NCBI GenBank assembly: GCA_946965045.2
Contig: OX337228.1
Span: 3,100,001-3,164,000 of the forward strand
Direction of reading: 5' to 3'
Origin: Epithemia pelagica
Lineage: Eukaryota > Protista > Bacillariophyta
DNA: 64,000 nt
Positions 10,901 to 21,300 of the stretch are shown piece by piece. Position 1 is the stretch's first letter; every line of letters starts with the position of its first letter. The notes under the pieces were generated by a model, which saw nothing but the letters and a program-made list of their open reading frames with translations, had not been told where the DNA came from and searched no databases. A program made the translations under genes and the position numbers.

Positions 10901-12006
10901 TTGTGATCACGAGCTTGCCATATATCATGGCAACAAGTAATAAAGGGAATGGATTGGGAACACAGACGAGTGTACTCGTCCCTCACTTTCATGACAAGAT
11001 CAGAGACAATAAGGAAAAAGTTCTGATACGACGAGAGTCGAATTTTTGTAATCTGTCGTCGACTCATTATTTCTGAACGGCTCCCTTTCAAAATACCAGA
11101 ATTCTCCATAGCGAATTGAATCATTTTCCGGAATTGCGGTTTCTCCACAGTGATTGCCGGAAGACAGCAATCGTTGACAAACTGATAGATGAGAGTTTGC
11201 ATCTGTGCATATGTCTCAGACTTCGTCGAATGACCTTTCCGGTAGGTTGACATTGTCGATTGTTTACTGGGGGGGGGGGGGGGGGATTTGTCATCAGCAT
11301 CGTTTTCTAATTTGAAATCCTTGTGTTTCTTATCGCAATGAGAAGAAATGTTGGAGGGACGAAGTGAGCCGCAGAGAATAAAAGACTCGGAAAGAGTCTT
11401 TTTCTTGTCGAAAAAACAAAGGGGACATATGACGCATTTACGGCATAGCTTTCCAAAACGCTCCTTCGAAAGTTTGGCCAATTTTGAAGGGGATGAGTCG
11501 AGTGGCACTGGGTTTTTTCCAACGGCAACAAATATTTTGAGTTGCTTGATTATCTTCTGTAATCCACCCATGTTGGAAAGGTTGTCGTCGTTCTCGAGAT
11601 AAAAGTGTTCGAGCTTCATCCAGTCCACATGTAATGAGAATTTCCACCTCTGGGAGCAGTTGCTGTCAAAGAAGTTCGGATTGATTGCGTCGAACAAGGG
11701 AACCAAGTCTTTTTCCTGTTGTACCCCATCATCGACTGCGTCTTCCAAATGTTTGAAATCTTCATCAACTTTTGCCTGTTCCTTTTCCAAGGCCGATGGT
11801 TTGCGTTGTAAGGGAGATTTCTTCTTCTTCTTCTTCGCAGAGGCCGATGGTTCTTTCTTTGAAGATTGAGGACTTTTCTTCTTGGTACAGGGAGACTTCT
11901 TGTTTTTGGGTGACTTCCTCGTTTTCTTGTTGCTCGTTTGCTTGGAACGTCGAGGTGATGGATCGTCGTCATTAGACGTTGTACCATCGTCCTTGTCGTC
12001 CGGCAT
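7950..12006 (-). pseudogene. hAT transposase pseudogene (BED-like Zn finger, DDE core, C-terminal dimerisation domain, long acidic tail)
   Basis: CPLC...H..KKH finger; CHDIW, DNTS, CDMH; WWRVH...PATNAFQERIFS. Disrupted by an in-frame TAG at 10555-10557, a frameshift near 9980, further frameshifts at about 8150-8330 and the LTR insertion at 7949/7950. Confidence 0.9.
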
Positions 12007-12249
12007 GGTTAATCGTTGAAAGAAGGTAATAAGAACAGGGATTCCAAAACAATACGAATAGAGTTTCCAAAACAAAACAAAACTGTCTGATTGTTGTAGA
12101 GAAGAAAACCATACCATGTCCCGAGAGGTGCAAAGTGCAAAATGCAACTTATCCTCATCTGTTGTGTGTGTGCGTTTGGAAAAAGAGACAAACCAATGTG
12201 TGTTGAGTGTGTGTTATGGTCATAGAAAGTATTTTGACAGTGAGATGAG

Positions 12250-12590
12250 GTGTTACTTCCTACTAAATTTCTGACATTACGTCTTACTGGTACTTTACTT
12301 TGGTACTTTAAGTAGTCAATTAGGAACGGGGTGGTGTACTTTGATACTTTAAGTATATTGGTAAGATGACTATGGAAGTACTTGTATACTTTAAGGAATG
12401 GCTGAGAAAAGGGGGTACTTTACTTACGTACCATGATATACTGGGAAAAAAGGGGTGGTGGTACTTGGGGTACCGAAAGTAGTACTCAAAGAAAAGGTGT
12501 ACTTTACTTCATTAATTGAAAGTACTTCGAAGTAAAGTAGGAAAGTAGGGTACTTTGAGAAAAATGGTACTTTGTTACTTCACAGCTCTG
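12250..12590. repeat. hAT terminal inverted repeat and subterminal (G)TACTT(T) repeats
   Basis: About 17 copies of TACTT counted by eye in about 340 bp, ending in ...GTTACTTCACAGCTCTG. Confidence 0.8.
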
Positions 12591-12668
12591 AATCCAATAG
12601 AAGGGGTTCTCTTATCATAAGTCGCATTATATCTATTCATGTTTCTTTGTGCTAGAGTAGAATGTTAA

Positions 12669-12684
12669 CCCTTTCAGCCCGGCA
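12669..12684 (+). repeat. piggyBac left TIR
   Basis: CCCTTTCAGCCCGGCA directly after TTAA. Confidence 0.95.
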
Positions 12685-12874
12685 ACTCAATTTTCTGACA
12701 AATATGTCAGTCATTTCCCTTTTTTAGTGACCGCAGCAACTACTTAACAAAAAAGTCAAAATACTCTATGGGTGTATCAATCCACGTACTTACACGTACA
12801 AATAATCTATAGGGACCTGCAACCCAAGACTCATTTGTCGATCTTCTTCTTTCACCGTCTCTTGTTCAAGGACC

Positions 12875-13663
12875 ATGGACTCTCCAGCTCACCAACGTCG
12901 TACCAAGCGATATAAACAGACCACCCCACAGTCGGAAGCGAAATGCTTGTTCCTAGAAGAAGACGATGAGAAGAAATTCAAGAATGAATGCAAGGCTGCT
13001 TCCTCCCCTTTGTTCCTCAGTCCTCTTGGCACCAAGTTAGTCCTTGACGCTGAAGCGAATGGCAAGCCCATTGATCTTTTGGAAATCAACAAGAAGGTCA
13101 TTGAGCATGACGTCGAACAAATGATAGAAGAGGACAAGAAGGTTCTTACGGACGATAATGATCCTTCCGATCCGAACAAGAAAGATAGCGAATGCAGTGT
13201 TGCAGCAACAACTGACAACGCTGCCACGTCGAAATCCAAGAAAAAAGACAAGAAAGGTGAAGGGAAAGGTGATTCCTGCACCAAGGCTCCGTTTATTCCG
13301 CACAACAGCGACGACATTTGCGACAACTGCGGTCTTCGTCCATGCGAGTCAGTTACTTACAATGTACTCCTCCAAAAAGCTGGAGACAAAGTGTCAAAGA
13401 AAAACAACAATCACAATAGGGCGACACGCCATCACTTGTACAAGCTCTATACAGCTACAAAATACGGCAAGCTCGGCCGTTCGAACCGGGTACATATTCC
13501 GGAATGTGTCGAAAAGATGGTGCATGGAATGTTTCCAGACCCTAACAACGACTACACAGGATTCCGTCATTCTATTGAGGACCTCAACAACGACGACTAT
13601 GACCGTCTCATGGTAGATGAACAACCTACGAATTATTCAGATTCTTCAGACGACGATTATTGA
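12875..13663 (+). CDS. Passenger protein, 262 aa, with a C-terminal P2X7-ballast/nanor-like Cys-rich domain
   Basis: Open ORF with CDNCGLRPC followed by RHHLYKLY...YGKLGRSNRVHIPECV...MFPDPNNDYTGF, matching the RH..Y..Y...G...IP.C...FP...Y(S/T)GF pattern of the P2X7 C-terminal domain. Confidence 0.8.
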   Translation: MDSPAHQRRTKRYKQTTPQSEAKCLFLEEDDEKKFKNECKAASSPLFLSPLGTKLVLDAEANGKPIDLLEINKKVIEHDVEQMIEEDKKVLTDDNDPSDPNKKDSECSVAATTDNAATSKSKKKDKKGEGKGDSCTKAPFIPHNSDDICDNCGLRPCESVTYNVLLQKAGDKVSKKNNNHNRATRHHLYKLYTATKYGKLGRSNRVHIPECVEKMVHGMFPDPNNDYTGFRHSIEDLNNDDYDRLMVDEQPTNYSDSSDDDY

Positions 13664-13841
13664 CTTGGTTCCATAACATTCTAAATACTTGAATTATTTT
13701 TCTTTTTCTTGTTGTAGTGCTATTATATGAAATCTCTTACGACACATTGGTACGACTTGGAATACTCTCCTGGACTCTTTGGAATGAAACTCGAATGCAA
13801 ACATGGACTACTTGTAGGAACTCATTGAGGAACGTATGGAT

Positions 13842-14621
13842 CTAAGCAAATTTTCGGACCTGCTCTTCCTTTGCACAGATACCTTTTTTTGCCTTTTGTT
13901 TCTGTGCCTCAGTTGGGTGCTCATCTCCCTCGACGTTGAAATCCAACACGTATGGATTGTTGGAATGGTACTCATCCAACCGATTGAGTATGTGGGACAT
14001 AGCAGCTCGACAGGTCCACATAGGGTCGTCTGGATTTCTTGCCATCGACTGTGAATAGATTCGGAGCGATCCTCGGATGGTGACAAATGTATCTCTAGAC
14101 ATGGTAGAAGAGAAGGCAGACGAACCGAGAAATAATTTGGTGCTCCACAATTCCTTCATTTGAGTTGAGTTATAGAGCGAAAGCGCAATATCCAACCCCA
14201 GTACACAGCGAAGAGCCTTTGTAGTAAGAACAATTTTGGTTCTTTGTCCACTCTGTTTGGCTTCCAAGGCTTCTTTCGTCGCTTTGAAGATGAAACCGTC
14301 GATGAATCGTTTGGGGATAAATAGGAAGAATAATCCCAAAGGACCGGATTCCAAGAAGGCTTGTTGGCATGCCTTGGGATTATGTAGATGTAGATCGGCA
14401 GAGGCAATTTGGTTGTCGATGTACTGGTTCTCTCTCTGAGCCGACTTTATATCCCTCAGACGAACCTTACCATCTCGGTGAAGGTTCGTGATGAGGTCGT
14501 CATCTTCTTCATTATCATCTTCGTTGTTGTAATGGAGCTCTCTGGCGACATCAGAGGTGCTCTCCATGGTTGAAAGTACTTTGTAACATGAATGAGGTGC
14601 GTGTGGTTTTATGAAAAACAC
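13842..14621 (-). pseudogene. Truncated piggyBac transposase (N-terminal part only; catalytic core deleted)
   Basis: LFFLFIP..FI, LGL.IAL, ELWS....LG...F..TMSRD.F..I...L and D.MW..R are typical of the DDE_Tnp_1_7 N-terminus; the sequence breaks off before the first catalytic Asp. Confidence 0.85.
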
Positions 14622-14897
14622 ATGTAACTCGAGAAGTAGGCGCCGGATTGCGGTGGTCCGACCACCAACTGGTAGAACGTACTAAGACGGATGTATGGTG
14701 ACAAACAGTAGTCCTATAACATGAAAGTCATTGACATATGATCGCTACACAATCGCAATTTTGGTAAATGGCGATATTGTCATCATTTTTTGAATCACGA
14801 GTTGTTGGTCATAACTCACGTGGTAATTTGTTAATTGGATTGCAATTTTGTTAAGTATTTTTGATGACAAATTTGTCAGTGACCGGGCAAAAAAAAG

Positions 14898-14913
14898 TGC
14901 CGGGCTGAAAGGG
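14898..14913 (-). repeat. piggyBac right TIR
   Basis: TGCCGGGCTGAAAGGG followed by TTAA; exact reverse complement of the left TIR. Confidence 0.95.
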
Positions 14914-15786
14914 TTAATCTAGCTACACCCGCTTCATCTACAGGCAGGGTTGTCGTGCGGGATCAAATAACGCTCGTCGTGTGGACCTTCCTCTTGTCAA
15001 TCGCGCTTACCACGTTATTTCTCGTAGTAGTATTAGGACGGGGTGAAACCATAGAAAGTCCAAATTTTGATTGCCCCCAAACAAGCGTTTTACTGTGGTG
15101 TAACCAGACCCCCCGGGAATTTGCGGCAGGGGGAAGAACGCTTACCACATTGCCAGCGTAACGACATTGAAGAGATTAGCATACAATTCCGGAGTGTACG
15201 GTTGATGGAAAAAAATTAAATAACGGCGCCGTTTGCCCTTAAATAAATAGAAGGGGAATATAGGGAAAAAAGTGGCGGGGTGAAGGTAGTATGGGTGTCA
15301 CCGACTGTTTTGGGGGTAAGCTGTACCACTATAGAGGAAAAAGATAAATTTTTCAAAAATGGTGTCGGAGTTTTCCGGGTTTCCACAGAAATCCTGGAAA
15401 TGAGGGATTATCCGGTATTTTTCACGAAATATCCCCCATCTTTCCACCTCTGTCAGTACATCGTAACTTACACTACTGACACCTACACTACGGAGAGCCT
15501 CCTCTTACACCCAATATGTTCGAATAGGTTCGAATTCGAATTTTGAAGTTTTCCAGTTTCCAGTCGCATTCGTGACTGACAGTATTGCGTTTGTGCGTGA
15601 GAAAGTGGATGGAATTACTTCGAGGAACTTCCCACGATTTTGCCAGCCAGCGCATTGGCAAGAGGACAACGACCGTTGACCGTCGCAGAGAGATTCCAGA
15701 ATTACACCATGCGCTGAAAATATTGTGTTTGGTGTTGGTTGATTCTCGTTGTTGGCGTATCCAAAAGCATCACTGCACCGAACAAA

Positions 15787-16941
15787 ATGGCGCCGAACAT
15801 CGATCGACCAGCGACGGCTGACGATATGCCTGACGAGATGTTGATTCAGGAAGCAGAACGCCTCAACTCTGAAGACAGGTTGCTTGCAGCATGTGAGCTT
15901 TTGCATCAGGTCGGCGATAAGTCGCTCTTGAAACCAGCTCATGAACAAATCTTACACATGGGAAAGCTCATGGCACAGGCCAAAACGGAAATGCTGGAAA
16001 ACCCAGAGAAGTCTGGATGGAAAAAACAAAGTGAATCTCATGGGTAAGAAACACCCCGCTTGTTTCCGACTGCTTGCCTCTCCAAATACTCATATCAATG
16101 CACTTATGACAATTTCACACTTTCTTGATGAAGTCATCGTGATTATTACGTTTACTTTAAGATTCTCGATAACGGAACAGTGAAATGTCGGATTGATTCT
16201 CCTGTGGAAGGGTCTCTTTACGTTCCATTTTTGTCGGTGTTTAATGAGCCTGATTTGTACGCAACTTGGCTGCCGTCATGGAGGTTTCCGTTCAAGGTTG
16301 GAGTGTGCCATTCGGCCAAGTTAGCGCAAAAGGGGCGAGTTCACCAGGTTGTGCAGATTGTGAACGATTTCCCTTGGCCGTTTGTACAAAGAGAACTAAT
16401 CTTGAAGGGGTTTGGGGACGATGACGCCGAACGCAATCGAATTGCTGGCGTGAAACTCATGTCCTTGGAATCAAGCGAAGAGGATGAATGCGTTCCTCCG
16501 CTTCCACCCAAAACGGTGCGCATGGAACTTGACGGAGGTCTGCTTTTCCGACCATGTCCTCCTGATCACCCCACGCTGCTTCATTCCAAAGCCAAGTATC
16601 CACCAGGAGAGAAACTCGTTCTGATCACTTTTACCATGACCTGTGATCCAAAGCTTGAATTCATTCCACGTAAATTCCTCAACTTTTGCACTCGGACTGT
16701 CATGGGATCGGTGTGGAGAATGATGTTGAATGTGGCTGAAGAAGTCCGTGATGGAAAGAGACCTGAGTTCACGAAAGTCATTGCCGAAAGACGCGAAGAA
16801 CTCTATGCCTGGATGGAAGAACGGGCAAGTATCGTTGTAAATGGGCCGTCAGAGGAAACAGACGAAACCCAGGAAGAAAAGGACAAACCGAACCTACCTA
16901 GCGATACGGCCGTTGCCGACACCGAGAGCACGAAGGCCTGA
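15787..16941 (+). CDS. START/SRPBCC-like lipid-binding domain protein; intron 16044-16133
   Basis: Splicing GT..AG joins ESHG|HRDYYVYFK in frame; LYATWLPSW, PWPFVQRELIL and DPKLEFIP...LNF are START-like. Confidence 0.7.
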
Positions 16942-17029
16942 GAAATCTTTTAACATACATCAGCACATGGTTTTGGAGTTAACGACACTTGTTACTCGAA
17001 ATTAGAATGATCAGTAGTGTCTTTCTTCT

Positions 17030-17952
17030 TCACCATGAATCATAGAAGTTTGTCAAATCAACCACTTCTCCATTTTTGGTCCAGAGTCCATCGAGTTCTG
17101 TTACATCGCCCGCGGCATCCCAGTTGGGAGTTGGATTTCCAAGCCACCAAATTGTTTCACTGTGTGCAACAAGCACTACGACCGCATTGCCATTCTGTTG
17201 TTCATCGTGGTTGCATACTTCTTTCAAGTAACTTTTGAGTAGAGTTATCCGTCGTCGTATTGTATCAGAAGACTCGGAACCTTCCGGAAGTCGATTCTTC
17301 ATTCGGTCCCATGTTTCGTCCACCGATCGATGGTAGGCCCACCAATAGCCTTCGCTCGATGGCAATGCGGCATCACGCACTAATTTCATATCAAACTCTG
17401 GAAACTCAGTTTGCAACTCCTCGACGGGTGTTCCAATATCACAAGCATCCATCATTATTTCAGCAGCTAGGGGTTGGACAACCACCACAATCGCTGGCAA
17501 GGCCAATGACGCAGTACTTCTGTCTTTTGACTCGTCCTTATCCTCTTGTATGCTCTGAAGCATATTTTGCGTCGTTTGTAAGGCACGGCGAAGGGGAGAA
17601 ACAACAAAATGAATTTGGCACTTGTGGTCACCTTCAAGGTCTGTATCTTTAGCTAGCAGTTGAATTAAGTCCATACCGGCTTGTCGGCTTTGCTCGATGC
17701 CCGTCTCGGTCAAGTCACAGTCAGGGAGGAAAAGCTTGTCAGAGAATCTGTCTTCCTCCGTTGGGTGCTGACTTTGCCTAACGTTGAAAGCCTGGTATGA
17801 AAGCAGTTGCTTGTGAGAGGACCCAACAATTTTCGCCGTAGCATGGAGTCTTGTAACTCGTACGCCTTTTTCGATGCCCAGAACCAGACGTTCCACAATA
17901 AATTTCAACGTACCGATTGACCATGTCGAACCGCGAAGATTTTCTTTACCAT
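17030..17952 (-). CDS. Histidine phosphatase / phosphoglycerate mutase family protein; intron 17792-17913
   Basis: Exon 1 MVKKIFAVRHGQS spliced to AFN...; SPLRRALQT and VAHS motifs. Confidence 0.88.
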
Positions 17953-18319
17953 TGTGTTTGCCTTGTAACCTTTTATAGTGAATGAACACAGAGCTTCGTC
18001 ATTGAGCATGGACTGAATCGCTATATGTTGTAGGAGTAGGAGTAGAAGTTACTCCTAGAGGAGTACCAAAATATTCCGATGATGATAGCAGAGGTAGCGT
18101 TTCCACACCAAAAATCTACTCCTATGAGACTTCCTTTCGGATCGGAGTAGAGTTAGCCAATAGTTTAGAGGATACAAGACTCACAGTGTTTGCTGTCGAT
18201 TTTCGATCCTGTTGATCTAAACGGAAGGCAGAGGCAGGGCGAAACGAGTCATTGCTCTGTGGTCTTGATTGACATTCATTGATCATAGCACAACTTTGGA
18301 GGCTTTTGTTTGTGCCAAA

Positions 18320-21300
18320 ATGGAATCGTTCCCAGAAGATCTGTTGGTTGGTGTCTTTCCCCTTGTCTTTGCCATCAATGCGACTCAGCCTCACAATCAT
18401 GCGGATGGTGAAACCAGTCGAAGAAGTCGCTTCGACAAGTTTCTGGATGTCATGGTAGCATCTTTGTTGGACGATGGTGACGCATCCATGGAGAGTGCGT
18501 CCACGGATGGTGATCGGCGACGCACCGTGTCTCTGTTTCGACCTGACGAGGATGATTATTCAAGCGACGAAGACGAATTGTTTGAGGAACCTTTGACAAC
18601 GAGGAAACGACGATCGGCAGCCTTTGGATCTGGGATCTATCCAGCATTTGGAAGACGCAGTGTGACTCGGGCGAGTACATCCAGTTCTCAGGGTTCAATT
18701 GTTGGTGCAACAGGTGCAGCCAGTAGCGTGGGCAATTCCTCATCCTTTGCGAAAGCGCTGACCATGGGACAATCGTTCTTTGAGAGAGCCAGGATCGAGT
18801 CGTATGGGACAACTCACGGGTTTCCTCCCTCAAAAGATCCTGAGGGAACTAAAAATCTTGCACATTTTGTACCAGAAGCCTTGCAAGATCGTGATGTTGA
18901 TAGACTTCGACAGCTCGTCCATGATCATCCGTTGAATGGCATCCTACCAGCTGGTTGGCTAGAGAAGCAGGTACATGCACTGCCCAGTGTCATTCTGGTT
19001 ATTTGTACCGTCTTGGCGACAGCGGAACAGCAAGAGGCTCATGATCAACACTTGTTCAAAACCATTGAACATCTAGCCTTCAGTCTGGCACCGAAACGCA
19101 AATGTAAGATCCATATAGTTGGACTCATGGAAGACAATGTAACAGACAGTCAAGGCGAAGGGTGGAGCAGATCAGTATTAAGCCAGGTAGAGGCCTCTGA
19201 TGAAAGCACAGAGGGACGACGCAACAGAAACAGCAACAACAATGACGATGCGATACAGGTTTCTCTTCTACGTGCATCTGTGGATTTAGAATCCATCGAC
19301 GCTGGACTTCCGCCTGGCCCTGCCTTGAAACGATTACACGACGTTGTGAGAGAATCAAGCTTGTCATACTATCTCTCCGAAGCTAGGCGAACCAAAGAAA
19401 AGCTTGGGAAAATCTGGGGAAACAACAAAAGGCGATTCGAGGCACCTCCAGATCAGCTTCTACCATTGGTGATTCGTTGTTGCGTTAAGATTGGATTCTT
19501 TTATGAATTTCAATTGAAGTATGAAAAGTCACTACGGTTTCTCAATGAGGCGTACCGACATACGTGTCGGTACTATCAATATCTGCAATCCAACCCTCAG
19601 TCTCCTGGAGACGCACTTGATGCAGCGAAGGCCTTGCTAGAGGACGAATCATCCACGCAGTTCAATGCAGGAAATGAAGGCGTGGAGGTGGAAATCAACA
19701 CTGAAGTGACCAGCTCTCAGATTTCCGCCATTTGGAACGCTGTTGTTCCTTCCCCTCCTCCTGACATGATTCATCAATGCAGAGCTGTGGCAGAATGGCT
19801 CAACTTAAAACTGCTGAGCGCCGGCTTCAGCTCTCACACCGAGAGTGGATTCATGGCTGCTATTAGTCAATGGAGAGAGCATCAACATTCCTTCTGTCGG
19901 GCCGGGAGAATGAGCGTCGAAATACCAGAATGGTTCAAGTGGTCGTTTGTAACTCGCCAACGTCTTGTATTCTGTCAGTTGGTTGAAAGACACCCATTAA
20001 AGTCGTGTACGAACCTAGATACGGAAAATGATGACCTACTCGCCATGTGTTCGCCGTGGAGAGCCTCCTTGTCCGTTGTGGAAGGTATGATACGGCTTGC
20101 CAGAGAACTTGATCGCGTCAAGGAAAGTTCCTTAGAAGAAATGTCATCTGATGCCGGAACGGACTCTTTACGGGATCCTTTCATTGGTGCTTTGGATAGC
20201 GCCGGGCTTGCCCCTCTTCTTGGCAAAGAACGTAAGGCTGATTACAGGGGGAAAGCCTTGCAGCTTATTTTGAAAACCATTGCACTGTACGAAGGAGAAT
20301 TGAGAAAGGAGAAACGTGGATTCTATGCCGAAGACGCATTCCGAGAGTCCTCATCCAGCCGATCTGGAGCTCGGATATTTTATCTTGCAGGTGGTATCTT
20401 GTTGGGGATGAATCGGCATGAAGAAGCGCTGATTCATTTGGAAAAGGCTACGAAATATGCGAAAGGATGGAGGGAGCTTGAACTAGCCATTCGCAAAATG
20501 TTGATTGAATGCTATGAGAAACATACACCGTCGCATTCTAGCATTTTGGCCAACGAAAGCAGTCAGACATTGGCTTCAATGATCTTAGACTCGTACTTCA
20601 ATGCAGAAATGTCCTCTCAGGATCTTCGGAGAGCACTTGGTCAGTTCTCTATGATATCTGGTGGTGGAGCATTGAAATGGTACCGTGAATCTTTCAATGA
20701 TGAAGATCCTGATTTGCCCTTTACATTTGAGGTGACCTTTCCCGAAAATATCTTCGCAACAATTGGTGATTCTGTCAAAGCCGCAATACTCATTAAATCG
20801 AACCTGGATTATGCTGTTCATGTAAACTCCGTTGTTCTTCTCAGCTTGGCTGGCGACCTTCCAATATCTCCTAACGATTTGATGCGAGCCACAAACGCAA
20901 GTGAAGGAAGTGATGGTGGCATAATCATTCAAAGAAACAGCGAAATCACAATTGAAACTGAGCTTGTTTTGCCAAAGGACTTATCTATAATTGCCGCAGA
21001 TGAAAGTGGGAACGGAGGGGAATTACAGGGAGTTGCCGGGAGAGGTTCTTTCTCCAAAAATGCTAGACCTAGATCTGCTGGTCTGACGTCTGCAGGTGGG
21101 GCACGTCTCCTCTCCGCGAACCAACTTTCGAGGGAAAATAAGGTCTCGCAGGGATGGAGTTTGCGTTTCCTTGGTGGAAAGCCGCTGAAATGCGACGGCG
21201 TCAGGGTAACTTTTTATCCCGTTCAAGTCGGGAAAGTATCGGGAGGAGGTGACCAGGTACCCGTGATTGAACTTACGATTGAGAAGAAGAAGCCCAGAAC

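Larger units (their letters stand above)
7950..12590 (-). mobile_element. hAT-superfamily DNA transposon, interrupted by the copia element; other end lies outside the window
   Basis: Transposase remnants, terminus CAGAGCTGTGAAGTAACAAAGTAC (minus strand from 12590) and a subterminal TACTT array. Confidence 0.85.
12669..14913. mobile_element. piggyBac-family transposon, non-autonomous derivative with a passenger gene (2245 bp)
   Basis: TTAA at 12665-12668 and 14914-14917; perfect 16-bp TIR CCCTTTCAGCCCGGCA; internal piggyBac transposase N-terminal fragment. Confidence 0.95.

Noticed and set aside
11269-11285. G17 homopolymer
   Set aside because: It encodes the in-frame SPPPPPS linker of the hAT transposase on the minus strand; not an independent feature.
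15173-15182. AGATTAGCAT resembling part of U6 snRNA
   Set aside because: Only 10 nt match; no ACAGAGA box or flanking U6 similarity.
15380-15455. Possible terminus of a further outer transposon (…CACGAAATATCCCCC)
   Set aside because: No partner inverted repeat, TSD or coding remnant is visible in the window.
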